DNA of 64,000 nt from an uncultured Spirochaetota bacterium (GCA_963734545.1 CAVTHO010000008.1:448001-512000); one strand, 5' to 3'; positions 9,965 to 20,634 are shown, counted from the stretch's first letter. Numbers and translations are program-made. The notes: generated by a model from the sequence alone, not told the origin.

Positions 9965-10215
9965 CAGACCTGCTCGCCCTTGTCACCCAGCCACGCGACT
10001 GTCTCGCCGCAGGGCACGATCTGCTCGGGGTCGGCATCGATCTTGAGAAGGTACCCGTCGGTTTCCGCCACGACGTCGAGCTCGGAAATGTCGGTTTCTA
10101 TCTTCAGGAGGACCTCGCCTTTCTTCACCAGATCTCCGACCCTCTTTTCCCAGCTGAGAACAGTGCCTTCCGACATTGTCTGCCCAACCCTGGGCATCAC
10201 GACCGGGGTTGCCAT
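9964..10215 (-). CDS. Stand-alone biotin/lipoyl-attachment-like domain protein lacking the acceptor Lys
   Basis: MPRVGQTMSEGTVLSWEKRVGD...IETDISE; RBS GGAGG; stop overlaps pfkB start. Confidence 0.8.
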   Translation of the reverse strand: MATPVVMPRVGQTMSEGTVLSWEKRVGDLVKKGEVLLKIETDISELDVVAETDGYLLKIDADPEQIVPCGETVAWLGDKGEQV

Positions 10216-10325
10216 GGTCCACCTCCCTGCCAATCGAGACGCGATTCGGTTATGCCACGCTGAAGGCGCATTGTCCATCCATGCGCCGCGTGGCCGTTCC
10301 CGCGGGTACGGCGTATCTTGTTACC

Positions 10326-10827
10326 ATGAGCACACAATCGATCCTCGATTTCACCATGAAAGACACTCGCGGAGTCGAGACTCCAATTCGAAAGTTCGAA
10401 GGCAAGGTCCTCCTGGTGGTCAATGTGGCCAGCAGGTGCGGGTTCACGCCGCAGTACAAGAGCCTGCAGGTCCTGTACGATCGCTACAAGGACAAGGGCC
10501 TCGAGATCCTCGGCTTTCCCGCCAATAACTTCCTGCGCCAGGAGCCGGGAAGCGATACCGAGATCCGCGAGTTCTGCAGCACCAATTACGGCGTCACTTT
10601 TCCCCTTTTCGCGAAGATCTCGGTGCGGGGCAGGGACATTCACCCGATTGTACAAGTTACTCACAGAACCGGCGACTAACCCGAAGTTCCCCGGCAAGAT
10701 CGGCTGGAACTTCGCCAAGTTCCTCATTGACCGCACGGGAACGGTGATCGGCCGGTTCGAGCCGAAAATGGACCCCCTCGACCCTGTGCTGGTCTCCGAC
10801 GTCGAGAGCGCACTTGTGAAACCATGA
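10326..10827 (+). CDS. Glutathione peroxidase (Cys-type); apparent +1 frameshift near 10647
   Basis: VNVASRCGFTPQY and GFPANNFLRQEPG in one frame; LYKLL...IGWNFAKFLIDR in the next frame. Confidence 0.88.
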
Positions 10828-10860
10828 TGATTGGGCTACGGTACCCGCCGGACACCCACC

Positions 10861-11847
10861 ATGGCGATCATAGAGGTCGAACGGCTTTCTCGCAATTTCC
10901 GTTACCATGAGAAGCAGGAAGGGCTGGGCGCATCCCTCAGAAACCTCGTCGCGCGCAGGACGCTTGTCCGGGAGGCGGTGAAGGGGATCTCTTTTTCCGT
11001 CGGAGAAGGAGAGGTGGTGGGATTCCTGGGACCGAACGGGGCCGGGAAAACCACGACCCTGAAGATGCTGGCGGGCATCATGCACCCCACCTCCGGAGCC
11101 GCGCACGTCCTGGGGCACGTGCCATGGCAGCGCAAGAAGGACCTCCGCATGCGGATCGCCATCGTCATGGGCCAGAGAAGCCAGCTCTGGCCCGACCTGC
11201 CGGCCGTGGAGTCCTTCGAGCTGAATCGCGCAATCTACGAAATCGAAAAGGCCGAATATTCCCGGGTGCTGGGCGAGCTGGTCGAGCTCTTCGACATCGG
11301 CGGCATTCTGCCCGTCCAGGTGCGCCGCCTTTCCCTGGGTGAGAGGATGAAGCTGGAGATCGTCGCGGCGCTCCTCCACAAGCCGCGCGTGCTCTTCCTG
11401 GACGAGCCGACCATCGGCCTGGACCTTCTCTCGCAGCGCACCATACGCGACCTGGTCCGCACCCTCAACCAGCGGTATCGCACAACGGTCATGCTCACCA
11501 GCCATTACCTCTCCGACATCGAAGACCTGTGCGAGCGCGTCATCCTCATCAATCGCGGCACGATCGTCTATGACGGCCCTCTCGCCGGCGTGAACGCCAC
11601 CCTGGCCGAGCGCAAGACGGTGAAGCTTGTCTTCTCCGCGCCGGTCGCGCAGGACGTTCTCTCTCGATACACCGGGTATCAGGGTCTGGACGGGCTGACC
11701 GCGTCCTTCGAGGTGGAGCGCGGCGAGGTGCGCGCCTTTTCCCGCAAAGTGCTCGACGATCTCCCCGTCGTCGATCTGACCATCGAGGAAATTCCCCTGG
11801 AAGAAGGCATTGCGGCCCTGTATCGAGGCGAGCCGCCCCGTGGGTGA
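10861..11847 (+). CDS. ABC exporter ATP-binding protein (DrrA/NatA-like)
   Basis: GPNGAGKTT, LSLGERMK and LDEPTIGLD motifs. Confidence 0.9.
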   Translation: MAIIEVERLSRNFRYHEKQEGLGASLRNLVARRTLVREAVKGISFSVGEGEVVGFLGPNGAGKTTTLKMLAGIMHPTSGAAHVLGHVPWQRKKDLRMRIAIVMGQRSQLWPDLPAVESFELNRAIYEIEKAEYSRVLGELVELFDIGGILPVQVRRLSLGERMKLEIVAALLHKPRVLFLDEPTIGLDLLSQRTIRDLVRTLNQRYRTTVMLTSHYLSDIEDLCERVILINRGTIVYDGPLAGVNATLAERKTVKLVFSAPVAQDVLSRYTGYQGLDGLTASFEVERGEVRAFSRKVLDDLPVVDLTIEEIPLEEGIAALYRGEPPRG

Positions 11848-12652
11848 TGCCGCGGCCAAGTACGGCCGTTCCTTTTCGATCGGGCTGCGCGGCGCGCTCG
11901 AATACCGGCTCAATTTCGCCTTTTCCATCCTGAGCGCCGTCTCCCCTGTCGTCATCCAGACCGCGCTCTGGACGAGCCTGTACGCTCCCGGCAGCGGCGA
12001 GACGCTTTTCGGCTTCACCTATGCCCAGATGATCGCCTATACGGTGGTGGCCAACCTCGTGTCGCGCCTGGTGCGGACCGGGTTCGAGTACGAGCTCAAT
12101 ACGGACATCAGGACCGGCGGGCTGGACCGCTATCTCGTCAAGCCGATAGGCTATTTCGGCTTCCGGTTGTTCGTGTTTCTCGGCGCCAAATCGGCGCAGA
12201 CCGTCATCTCGCTCGTTCTCCTGGCAATCGCCACCTGGGTCCTGAACGCCGTGCTCGGCGTCCCGGTGAGCGTGACGGCCGCCTTCGCGTTCGCGGCAAG
12301 CCTCGTCGTCGCCTTCCTCCTCAACTTCCTCATCTTCTGGTGCGTGGGCATGGCGGGATTCTGGCTCACGGAAATCGGATTCCTCTTCGAGGCGGCGCGT
12401 ATCGTGATCATCACGGCAAGCGGCGGCATTTTTCCGCTCGCCGTGTTCGGCCCCGCGGCGCAGGCGGCGCTCACCATGCTGCCGTTTCGATTCACGATTC
12501 AATTCCCGACAGAGCTCTTGTGCGGGCGGATCCCCCCGGGGCAGATTGCCACGGACTTCGCGCTTTCATTCGTGTGGATAGGGGTTCTTGCCGCGCTTGC
12601 GCAGGCGCTCTGGAACGCGGGGATCAGGCGATTCGCCGCGGTGGGGAGCTGA
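11840..12652 (+). CDS. ABC-2 family permease (DUF990-like)
   Basis: LEYRLNF and DIRTGGLDRYLVKP motifs; 6 TM; GTG start overlaps upstream stop. Confidence 0.85.
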   Translation: MGDAAAKYGRSFSIGLRGALEYRLNFAFSILSAVSPVVIQTALWTSLYAPGSGETLFGFTYAQMIAYTVVANLVSRLVRTGFEYELNTDIRTGGLDRYLVKPIGYFGFRLFVFLGAKSAQTVISLVLLAIATWVLNAVLGVPVSVTAAFAFAASLVVAFLLNFLIFWCVGMAGFWLTEIGFLFEAARIVIITASGGIFPLAVFGPAAQAALTMLPFRFTIQFPTELLCGRIPPGQIATDFALSFVWIGVLAALAQALWNAGIRRFAAVGS

Positions 12653-12656
12653 GAGG

Positions 12657-13460
12657 ATGATCAGGGAGATCATCAAGCACCTGAAAATCTATGCCATGCT
12701 CGTTCGGATGAACGTCATGAGCCAGATGGAGTATCGGGCCAACTTCGTGACCGGGATGATGATGGAGCTCGGCTACCTGGTGGTGAAGATTCTCTACGTG
12801 CTCGTTGCCTTTCGGGCCGGGCGGCGCATTGCAGGCTTCTCTCCGGATGAGGTCCTTGTCTTCATCGGCACGTTCGTCCTGGTCACCGGTTTCTATGCCG
12901 GCGTCGTCATGATGAACCTTTTCCAGCTCTCCACGCTGGTGAGGGACGGCTCATTCGACGTGCTGATGACAAAGCCGGTCTCTCTCCAGTTCCTGGCCAC
13001 GTTCCGCCGCTCGGACATCGGCATCTTCCTGATTGACTCGACGGCAGGCCTCATCATGGTGTCGATAGGAATGGCGCGGATCGGCGGCTCCTTCGACGTG
13101 CTGCGCGCCGCGGGCTATGCCGTGTTTGTGGCGTCAGGCGCCGCCGTGGGCTACGCCCTGTATCTTATGCCGCTGGTGCTTGTCTTTCGCATCGTCAATG
13201 CGTCAGCCATCGCCGAGTTCACCGATTCTTTCTGGGATTTCAACAATGTCCCCATGATCGTCTACGGAAAAGTGGGCCGCGCCATAGGCGTGTTCGTCAT
13301 CCCGATGTTCGTCATCACGAGCTTTCCCGCGCTCTTTGTCCTGGGACGGATGACGGTTCCCTACATGATCTGGGGACTGGCGGCCCCGTTCCTCTTCCTG
13401 GGCCTTGCGCGGCTGTGCTGGCGTTCGGGTATCCGGCACTACACGAGCGCGGGCGGGTAG
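12657..13460 (+). CDS. ABC-2 family permease (DUF990-like)
   Basis: MEYRANF, VRDGSFDVLMTKPV and C-terminal RHYTSAGG. Confidence 0.85.
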   Translation: MIREIIKHLKIYAMLVRMNVMSQMEYRANFVTGMMMELGYLVVKILYVLVAFRAGRRIAGFSPDEVLVFIGTFVLVTGFYAGVVMMNLFQLSTLVRDGSFDVLMTKPVSLQFLATFRRSDIGIFLIDSTAGLIMVSIGMARIGGSFDVLRAAGYAVFVASGAAVGYALYLMPLVLVFRIVNASAIAEFTDSFWDFNNVPMIVYGKVGRAIGVFVIPMFVITSFPALFVLGRMTVPYMIWGLAAPFLFLGLARLCWRSGIRHYTSAGG

Positions 13461-13507
13461 CTCCGACGCTCTGGCATGGACCGGGCGATTTGATATACTG
13501 CCCTTGA

Positions 13508-15475
13508 ATGAAGATCAGGTCCAAGATCTCACTTCTCACGAGCGCGGTCTTCATGAGCGCCCTTCTCATCTCGACCCTTTCGATCTGGACCATGCAGGTC
13601 ACTTCGCGGCTGAGGGATGCCATCGATGCCGGCGACAGGCTGGTCGCCACGGCGCTCAGGCTTCACGGGCAGATGAAGGACCTCATGTTCGACTTGTTCA
13701 CTCCCCAGACCTACCAGATCCTCAAGGATGTCCTTCACACCCTTCGCTTCCAATCAACGCGCCGGGACTTCCACGCCTCGGTGCAGCAGTTCGAGATTTC
13801 CGTAACCGAATTCATGCAGTCCCCCGAGGTCAAGGGGCTCCTGCGGGACCAGGAGCTGCGCGACACCTACGATACCCTCGGGGTCATGACGGCAAAGGCA
13901 TTCGATCGGATCGCCTCTTTCCAGGCCACCGTGGATCGGCTGTTCGCTTCCGGTGTCACGGAGGGCTCCCAGCTCTACCGGCAGGTCCAGACGGATCCGG
14001 GGGCCGGCGTGCCCCTGTTCTTCGACGAGGTGCGATCGAACTCCGACTACCTCACCAACAGCTTTGAGAGCTTCCTCTCTCATTTCATCCGGTCCCTCCA
14101 GCAGGAGAGCGACCTCATCCGCAGGCAGGTCCTCCTCCTGTTCTGGTCCCTCACGGCCGTCATCGGGGCAGCCACTCTCACCTTCTCCCTCGCGTTCTCC
14201 CGGAGGGTCTCCCAGCACATCTCGAGCGTGGAGGAGGGCGTGCGCGCCGTTGCGCATGGCGACTTCGGCGCCCGGCTCCAGATCCGAACGAGTGACGAGT
14301 TCGGCGCCCTCGCCACGCATTTCAACCTGCTCATGCAGGAGCTGAAAAAAAACGTGGACGTGATCCAGAGCCTCATGCGGGACGTGGGGGAGAGCCTCAC
14401 GGCCCGGCCCGGCTTCCAGCGGATCCTCGAGCTCATCGTGGAGGCGGCGGTCAGGGACTCCCACGCGGACGGGGCCGCGGTGCTCGTGACGGACCCGGTT
14501 CAGGGTCTCGTGGTGGCGAGCGTGTCAGGTGACTTCCCGCTCCCGCTGCAAAGCCCTGTCGAGGACGGAGATGACCGCGCCGGGCAGGGACGGATCCGGC
14601 TGCACGAGATCGTCGAGCAGCACCAGCCCGTCTTCCTCCGGGAGCCGCATCTCCTCGGCCCGGTCCGCGAGGTGCGATCGTTCCTCGCGTTCCCCCTCGC
14701 CACGACGCAGGGCACCGTGGGTACCCTCTGCGTGATCACTCTTCCGCCCCAGCCGCCGCTCACGGACCTGGATTTCACCACCTTCAGCTCGTTCGCCGGC
14801 TACGCGGCCCTCATCATCGACAACTTCTTCAAATACAAAGAGCTGCTGGAAAAGAGGGAGGCCGAATACCGCGCCCTGCAGGCGCAGATCCAGCCCCACT
14901 TCCTCTACAATGTTCTCAACGGGCTCGTGGGGCTCAACCGCATGGGTGACGCACGCACGCTGGAGAGCGCCCTGTTCTCCCTCAAGGACATGCTGCGCTA
15001 CATCCTGGACTCCAGTCGATGGACCACCGTCGGTGAAGAGCTCGCTTTCATCTCCCGATACTGCGAGCTCCAGCGGCTGCGCTTCGCCGACCGACTGGCG
15101 GTCCGCATTCACCACGACGAGGAATCCTCCGCATATCGCATCCCGAAGCTCCTCCTGCAGCCGGTGGTGGAGAACGCCGTGATCCATGGAATCGAGCCGC
15201 TGGACAGACCCGGACTGCTGACGGTGGAGGCGGCCTTTGCGGGAGAGAACGGGCAGCGCGTGCTCTGCATCACCGTGACCGACGACGGCGTCGGGTTTCC
15301 CTCCGGCGGGAAGGAGATCGAAGAGCGCATCGGCCTCCTGAATGTGCGCGAGCGGCTGCGCATCGCGTACCCGGATGCGCGGCTCGCAATGGAGAGCAGC
15401 CCGGGCTCCGGCACGAGGATCTCCATCGAGATTCCGGACGTACGGGGAACACGTGAGAATCCTGATCGCGGATGA
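13508..15475 (+). CDS. YesM/LytS-type sensor histidine kinase with HAMP and GAF-like domain
   Basis: 2 TM, HAMP (DEFGALATHFN), LQAQIQPHFLYNVLN, LLQPVVENAVIHG and DDGVG. Confidence 0.9.
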   Translation: MKIRSKISLLTSAVFMSALLISTLSIWTMQVTSRLRDAIDAGDRLVATALRLHGQMKDLMFDLFTPQTYQILKDVLHTLRFQSTRRDFHASVQQFEISVTEFMQSPEVKGLLRDQELRDTYDTLGVMTAKAFDRIASFQATVDRLFASGVTEGSQLYRQVQTDPGAGVPLFFDEVRSNSDYLTNSFESFLSHFIRSLQQESDLIRRQVLLLFWSLTAVIGAATLTFSLAFSRRVSQHISSVEEGVRAVAHGDFGARLQIRTSDEFGALATHFNLLMQELKKNVDVIQSLMRDVGESLTARPGFQRILELIVEAAVRDSHADGAAVLVTDPVQGLVVASVSGDFPLPLQSPVEDGDDRAGQGRIRLHEIVEQHQPVFLREPHLLGPVREVRSFLAFPLATTQGTVGTLCVITLPPQPPLTDLDFTTFSSFAGYAALIIDNFFKYKELLEKREAEYRALQAQIQPHFLYNVLNGLVGLNRMGDARTLESALFSLKDMLRYILDSSRWTTVGEELAFISRYCELQRLRFADRLAVRIHHDEESSAYRIPKLLLQPVVENAVIHGIEPLDRPGLLTVEAAFAGENGQRVLCITVTDDGVGFPSGGKEIEERIGLLNVRERLRIAYPDARLAMESSPGSGTRISIEIPDVRGTRENPDRG

Positions 15476-16955
15476 CGAGCGGCTCGTCCGCTTCAGCCTG
15501 AAGAGCATGCTGGAGGAAATCGGGATTTCATCCCGATCTCTCGCCATGGCCTGTGACGGAGAAGAGCTGCTCGAGGAGGTCCGCCGGGCTTCTCCGGATA
15601 TCGCGTTCGTGGACATCAAGATGCCGCGCCTGAACGGCCTGGACGCCATCCAGGAGGCGCGCGCACTCTCCCCCGGTACCCGGTGGGTCGTTCTCACCAG
15701 CCATTCGTCTTTCGACTTCGCCCGAAGGGCGCTCCAGCTCGGGGTCGTCGAGTATCTGCTGAAACCGGTGCGCCCGGCAGAGCTTGCCGCGGTGATCGAC
15801 AAGCTCGCGCGGGAAATCCGCGTGGATCTCCTTCGGCTGAATGACGAGTTCGGCGGCAGGGTGAGCTCGCTTCTCCACGGCACGCTGTCCCTGGAAAGCG
15901 AGACTGTCGAGTTCGTTTCTACCGCCCGGTTCATCGGAGGGCTGCTCGTTTTCGACAGCGCGCTCGACGAGAGCCGTCTCGTGGACGCGCAGCGCGTGTG
16001 CTGCGGCGAAATCCGGGCGCGCATGGCGACCGCGCTGGAGAAGGGCACCCGGATCGCGCTGGTCACTCTTCCGGTAGGCCAGAAGGCGCTTGTCTGCGCG
16101 TGGATGCCGGGTGCCGATGCCGCTCCGTGCGCGGAGTCCCTGCGCGGCTTTCTACGCCGCATGGAATCCCTCCTCGATTCCGCCGCCAGTCCGGAGGTCC
16201 GGGTGACGCAGATCGTGACGGGCGAATGCCCCTCGTTCGATGCGCTTCTTGCCGAGCTTGCCCGGGCAAACGAGCTGGCTCCCTTGCGGATTGCGCACGG
16301 GATCGGGCGGCAGATGGAGAGTGCCGAGCTGGAGGAGCACCGGCAGGGAGGGCGGGAAGCGCTCTGCTCCGGCCTTGCCGGGATGGCGCAGGCATACCGT
16401 ACCCGCAACAGGCTCGAGTTTCTTGCGCTTCTCAACCAGACGGAGCGCGCGCTGGATTCCATGGATCAGGCGGACAGGGACTCGGTGGAAGGCGCCGTCT
16501 CACGGTTTCTTGCCGCCGCTGTCGAGAGCTCCCTCCCGGCCCGTCTGGGGGATGCGTCCTGGCGCGCCTCCATGAGAAGCATCGGAGAATCTCTGCACGC
16601 GGAGGACAAGACGCCGGGAGCGGGCGAGCTGGTCGACAAGGTCGTGGGCTTTGTCCGCGCCAACTACATGCGCGATATCGGCATCGGCCAGATCGCCTCT
16701 CACATCGGCGTGACGCCAAACTACCTCAGCTCCCTCTTTCACCGGGAGAAGGGCGTCACGTTCGTGAGGTTTCTTACCGGTCTTCGGATGGAGAGTGCCC
16801 GAGAGATGCTCGGGGCGCCGGGTGCCCTCGTGCAGGACGTTGCCCGGGCGGTCGGGTACGGCAGCGTCAGGCACTTCAGCAGGCTCTTCCAGAGACAATT
16901 CGGCTTGTACCCTTCCGATGTGCCGCGAGTGGAGAAAAACGCCCCTCAATCGTAG
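15453..16955 (+). CDS. YesN-type response regulator (REC + AraC HTH)
   Basis: ILIADDE, DIKMP and YLLKP; C-terminal NYLSSLFHREKG...VGYGSVRHFSRLF; GTG start. Confidence 0.9.
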   Translation: MRILIADDERLVRFSLKSMLEEIGISSRSLAMACDGEELLEEVRRASPDIAFVDIKMPRLNGLDAIQEARALSPGTRWVVLTSHSSFDFARRALQLGVVEYLLKPVRPAELAAVIDKLAREIRVDLLRLNDEFGGRVSSLLHGTLSLESETVEFVSTARFIGGLLVFDSALDESRLVDAQRVCCGEIRARMATALEKGTRIALVTLPVGQKALVCAWMPGADAAPCAESLRGFLRRMESLLDSAASPEVRVTQIVTGECPSFDALLAELARANELAPLRIAHGIGRQMESAELEEHRQGGREALCSGLAGMAQAYRTRNRLEFLALLNQTERALDSMDQADRDSVEGAVSRFLAAAVESSLPARLGDASWRASMRSIGESLHAEDKTPGAGELVDKVVGFVRANYMRDIGIGQIASHIGVTPNYLSSLFHREKGVTFVRFLTGLRMESAREMLGAPGALVQDVARAVGYGSVRHFSRLFQRQFGLYPSDVPRVEKNAPQS

Positions 16956-17028
16956 GTTTGTGGCATTGTGCGCCGCCACGGACGGGCATAGGCTCGCGGA
17001 GGAGAAAATCTCATAGAAGGAGGTAGGC

Positions 17029-18042
17029 ATGAACCTACGGAGAATCGTCATTATCGGTCTGATCGTCGCCCTGGTTTCGGCCGGAATCGCATTCGCCGGC
17101 GGAACACAGGAACCGGCGAAGGGCAACGTCAAGGTCGCCATGATCGTGAAGAACCTCGGCAACTCGTTCTTCGAGGCCTGTCGCGACGGCGGCCTGGAAG
17201 CGGCGAAGGAGCTGGGCGGCGTGGACCTGATCTACCAGGGTCCGAGCACACCCACCGCGGAGGGACAGATCGAGCTCATAAACTCGCTGATTGCGCAGAA
17301 AGTCAACGCCATGGTCATTTCCGCCAACGACGTCGACGCCCTGGTGCCGATCACCAAGAAGGCGATGGCAGCGGGAATCAAGGTTATCTCCTTCGATTCC
17401 GGCATCGCCCCGGACGGACGGATCCTCCACCTCGCCCCCTCCGGGGACGAGTTCATTGGCAGGAGCCAGGTGAAGATGGTTGCGGACCTCATCGGCAACA
17501 GCGGCGAAATCGCCGTCCTCAGCGCCTCGTCCCAGGCCACGAACCAGAACGCCTGGATCGAGTGGATGAAGAAGGAAATGCCCAACCACCCCAACATGAA
17601 GCTCGTCACGGTGGTCTACGGGGATGACCTGTCCGACAAGAGCTACCGCGAGGCAATGGGGTTGTTCAAATCCTTCCCCAATCTCAAGGGAATCATTGCA
17701 CCCACCACGGTCGGAATCGCCGCGGCAGGGAAGGCGCTGGAAGACGCGGGCCTTGCGGGGAAGATCCAGCTCACCGGCCTCGGGCTTCCCTCCGAGATGA
17801 AGCAGTACATCAAGGACGGGACCTGCCTGAAGATGTCGCTGTGGAACCCGATCGATCTCGGCTACTCGGCCACCTACATCGCCGCGCAGATCGTGCGCGG
17901 GCAGATCAAGGGCACTGCCGGCGAGGCAATGAAGGTGGGAAGGATGGGCACGATCAATGTCGGCGCCGGAATGGTCGCCGTCATGAGCGAGCCGTACGTG
18001 TTCAACAAGGACAACATCGACAAGTTCGCCGCGATCTACTAA
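17029..18042 (+). CDS. rhaS: Rhamnose-type sugar ABC transporter substrate-binding protein
   Basis: VKNLGNSFF, PTAEGQI, ATNQNAWI, YGDDLSDKSYRE, GLGLPSEM and LWNPIDLGY; strong RBS. Confidence 0.8.
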   Translation: MNLRRIVIIGLIVALVSAGIAFAGGTQEPAKGNVKVAMIVKNLGNSFFEACRDGGLEAAKELGGVDLIYQGPSTPTAEGQIELINSLIAQKVNAMVISANDVDALVPITKKAMAAGIKVISFDSGIAPDGRILHLAPSGDEFIGRSQVKMVADLIGNSGEIAVLSASSQATNQNAWIEWMKKEMPNHPNMKLVTVVYGDDLSDKSYREAMGLFKSFPNLKGIIAPTTVGIAAAGKALEDAGLAGKIQLTGLGLPSEMKQYIKDGTCLKMSLWNPIDLGYSATYIAAQIVRGQIKGTAGEAMKVGRMGTINVGAGMVAVMSEPYVFNKDNIDKFAAIY

Positions 18043-18098
18043 GATCGCTCCGCGATCTCCTGGGATCGCCGACAGGCGGAGCGTTCAATCTCTGACAA

Positions 18099-18133
18099 GG
18101 GCGGAGCGGGCCTTTCCCTGCTCCGCCCGTTTT
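18099..18133 (+). terminator. Stem-loop with U-tract after SBP gene (partial terminator/mRNA stabiliser)
   Basis: GGGCGGAGC...GCTCCGCCC followed by GTTTT. Confidence 0.6.
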
Positions 18134-18146
18134 GGAAGGAGTCTCC

Positions 18147-19646
18147 GTGCAGGACTGCATCCTGGAGTGCCGCACAATCAGCAAGTACTTCCCCGGCATC
18201 AAGGCCCTCGACGAAGTTGATTTCAAGGTCCGGCCGGGCGAGGTGCATGCCCTCGTGGGAGAGAACGGGGCGGGCAAGTCCACCCTCGTGAAGATCCTCA
18301 CCGGAATCTACCGCCCCGACTCGGGAGAGGTCCTCCTGGAAGGTCGACGCACGGACTTCCGTTCACCGGTGGCCGCGCAGGCGGCGGGGATTGCGGCCAT
18401 CCATCAGGAAGCCACGATGTTCGCCGACCTTTCGGTCACGGAGAACATCTACATGGGCCACCATGCACGGATGAAAGGGATCCCCTTCCTTTCCTGGGGC
18501 ACGATGCGCCGTCGGACCCGCGCCCTGCTGGCCGAGCTGGAGCTCGACATCGATCCGGACGTGCAGGTGCGGAGCCTGAGCGTGGCGCAGCGCCACATGG
18601 TGGAGATCGTCAAGGCGCTTTCCCAGGAGGCGCGAATCGTCATCATGGACGAGCCGACGTCCGCGCTCTCCCTCCACGAGGTGGAGGACCTCTACGCCAT
18701 CATCCGGCGTCTCCGTGATTCGGGAAAGGCAATTGTCTTCATCTCGCACAAGTTCGAGGACATCTACGAGATCGCGGACCGGTTCACCGTTCTGCGGGAC
18801 GGCAGATTCGTGGGAGAGGGCAGCGTCGCGGAGACGAAGGTCGACGAGATCATCCGCATGATGATCGGCAGATCGCTCACCCAGATGTTTCCCAAGGTGG
18901 ACGTGCAGCAGGGGGAGGTGCTCCTTTCGGCCCAGGGACTTTCACGCACGGGGGTCTTCAAGGACGTCTCATTCGAGCTGCACCGGGGAGAGATCCTCGG
19001 GTTCTTCGGCCTGGTGGGCGCCGGCCGTTCCGAGGTGATGCGCGCCGTGTTCGGCATCGAGGCCGCGGATGCCGGCAGGATCCTCGTGGAAGGCCGCGCC
19101 ATGCCGACACTGCATCCCGGGCAGGCCATCGCGAGAGGCATTGCGTACGTGCCCGAGGACAGGCAGGCTCAGGGCACCATCCTGGACATGAATATCCGTG
19201 AGAACACGACCCTGCCCATCGTGGACAGTCTCGCCCGCCGATCCTTCCTCGACAAGCGGCGCGAGACGGCTGTCACGGACGAGTACGGCGGCCGCATGGA
19301 GATCAAGGCCGCCAGTTGGGAGCAGGCGGTGAACAGCCTGTCCGGCGGCAACCAGCAGAAGGTGGTGCTTGCCAAGTGGCTCGCCACGCACCCCCGGATT
19401 CTCATCCTGGACGAGCCCACCAAGGGCATCGACGTGGCCACGAAAGCGAGGGTCCACGAGTTCATCTCCCTGCTCGCCCGGGAGGGTCTCGGCATCATCC
19501 TGGTCTCCTCTGAAATGCCCGAGATTCTCGGCATGTCGGACACCATCGTGGTCATGCATGAAGGGAGGGTGACGGCCCGTTTCCGTCGTGACGAGGCGGA
19601 CCAGGAGAAGCTGATCAAGGCGGCAATGGGGAGGAGCGGCACATGA
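18147..19646 (+). CDS. Sugar ABC transporter ATP-binding protein (tandem NBD)
   Basis: GENGAGKST, MDEPT, VPEDR, LSGGNQQKV and LDEPTKGIDV motifs. Confidence 0.92.
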   Translation: MQDCILECRTISKYFPGIKALDEVDFKVRPGEVHALVGENGAGKSTLVKILTGIYRPDSGEVLLEGRRTDFRSPVAAQAAGIAAIHQEATMFADLSVTENIYMGHHARMKGIPFLSWGTMRRRTRALLAELELDIDPDVQVRSLSVAQRHMVEIVKALSQEARIVIMDEPTSALSLHEVEDLYAIIRRLRDSGKAIVFISHKFEDIYEIADRFTVLRDGRFVGEGSVAETKVDEIIRMMIGRSLTQMFPKVDVQQGEVLLSAQGLSRTGVFKDVSFELHRGEILGFFGLVGAGRSEVMRAVFGIEAADAGRILVEGRAMPTLHPGQAIARGIAYVPEDRQAQGTILDMNIRENTTLPIVDSLARRSFLDKRRETAVTDEYGGRMEIKAASWEQAVNSLSGGNQQKVVLAKWLATHPRILILDEPTKGIDVATKARVHEFISLLAREGLGIILVSSEMPEILGMSDTIVVMHEGRVTARFRRDEADQEKLIKAAMGRSGT

Positions 19647-19659
19647 GGAGAGCCCTGCA

Positions 19660-20634
19660 ATGACGAAGCTGCTGAAGCGCCGCGAAATCACCCTTGTCAT
19701 CATCATCGCCGTCATTCTCGCCGCGGTGGGCCTGCGGGCGCCCGGGTTCCTCCGGCTGGGGAACCTGAACGACATTCTCACCGACACCGCCATCCTGGTC
19801 ATCGTGTCCATCGGGCAGATGATGGTGATCATCACGGGCGGGGCAGACCTTTCCGTCGCCTCCGGCATCGCCCTTACCGGCATGAGCGTGGCGATGCTGA
19901 ACTGGCTCGTGCCGGGCATTCCCCTGCCCGTCATCATGGCACTCGCCCTGGTGATCGGCTTCCTCCTGGGCTCGGTCAATGGCCTGCTCGTGTCCGTTAC
20001 CCGCATCCCCCCCATCATTACAACCCTTGCCACGCTCGGGATCTTCCGGGGAATCGTGTTCCTGGAGAGCGGCGGGCAGTGGGTGAGCGCCCACAAGATG
20101 ACCGAGGCTTTCCGCAACCTTCCCCATGACGCGCCGCTGGGCATCTCCAACCTTCTCCTGGCCGCGGTCCTCGTGGTCATCGCCGCCGCGGTATTCATCC
20201 GGCTCACGCGGACCGGCCGCGAGATCTACGGGGCCGGCGGGAACAGGACCGCGGCACGGTACGTGGGTATTCCGCTCGCCCGGATCGATTTTCTCGTCTA
20301 CGCCATCTCCGGGGTGCTCGTCGGGCTCGCCGGGCTCTTGTGGGTGGCGCGGTACGCGTCGGCGCAGAACGACACGGCATCGGGGTTCGAGCTGCAGACC
20401 ATCGCGGCCTGCGTCATCGGAGGAGTAAGCATGCTGGGAGGCTCCGGAACGCTGGTCGGTGTGATCCTCGGCGCCCTGTTCCTCGGGATCGTGAACAATG
20501 CGCTCCCGGTGATCGGCCTTTCGCCCTTCTTCCAGATGGCGATCCAGGGCTTTGTCATTCTCGCGGCCATCATCGCGAACTCGGTGGTGGATCGCAGGAC
20601 CCAGGCCGCTCTCCTGCGCACGAGGCAGCTCTGA
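19660..20634 (+). CDS. Sugar ABC transporter permease
   Basis: GGADLSV, TRTGREIY and IAACVIGGVS motifs. Confidence 0.9.
   Translation: MTKLLKRREITLVIIIAVILAAVGLRAPGFLRLGNLNDILTDTAILVIVSIGQMMVIITGGADLSVASGIALTGMSVAMLNWLVPGIPLPVIMALALVIGFLLGSVNGLLVSVTRIPPIITTLATLGIFRGIVFLESGGQWVSAHKMTEAFRNLPHDAPLGISNLLLAAVLVVIAAAVFIRLTRTGREIYGAGGNRTAARYVGIPLARIDFLVYAISGVLVGLAGLLWVARYASAQNDTASGFELQTIAACVIGGVSMLGGSGTLVGVILGALFLGIVNNALPVIGLSPFFQMAIQGFVILAAIIANSVVDRRTQAALLRTRQL

Noticed and set aside
10420-10450. Selenocysteine in the glutathione peroxidase
   Set aside because: The active-site codon is TGC (Cys); no in-frame TGA.
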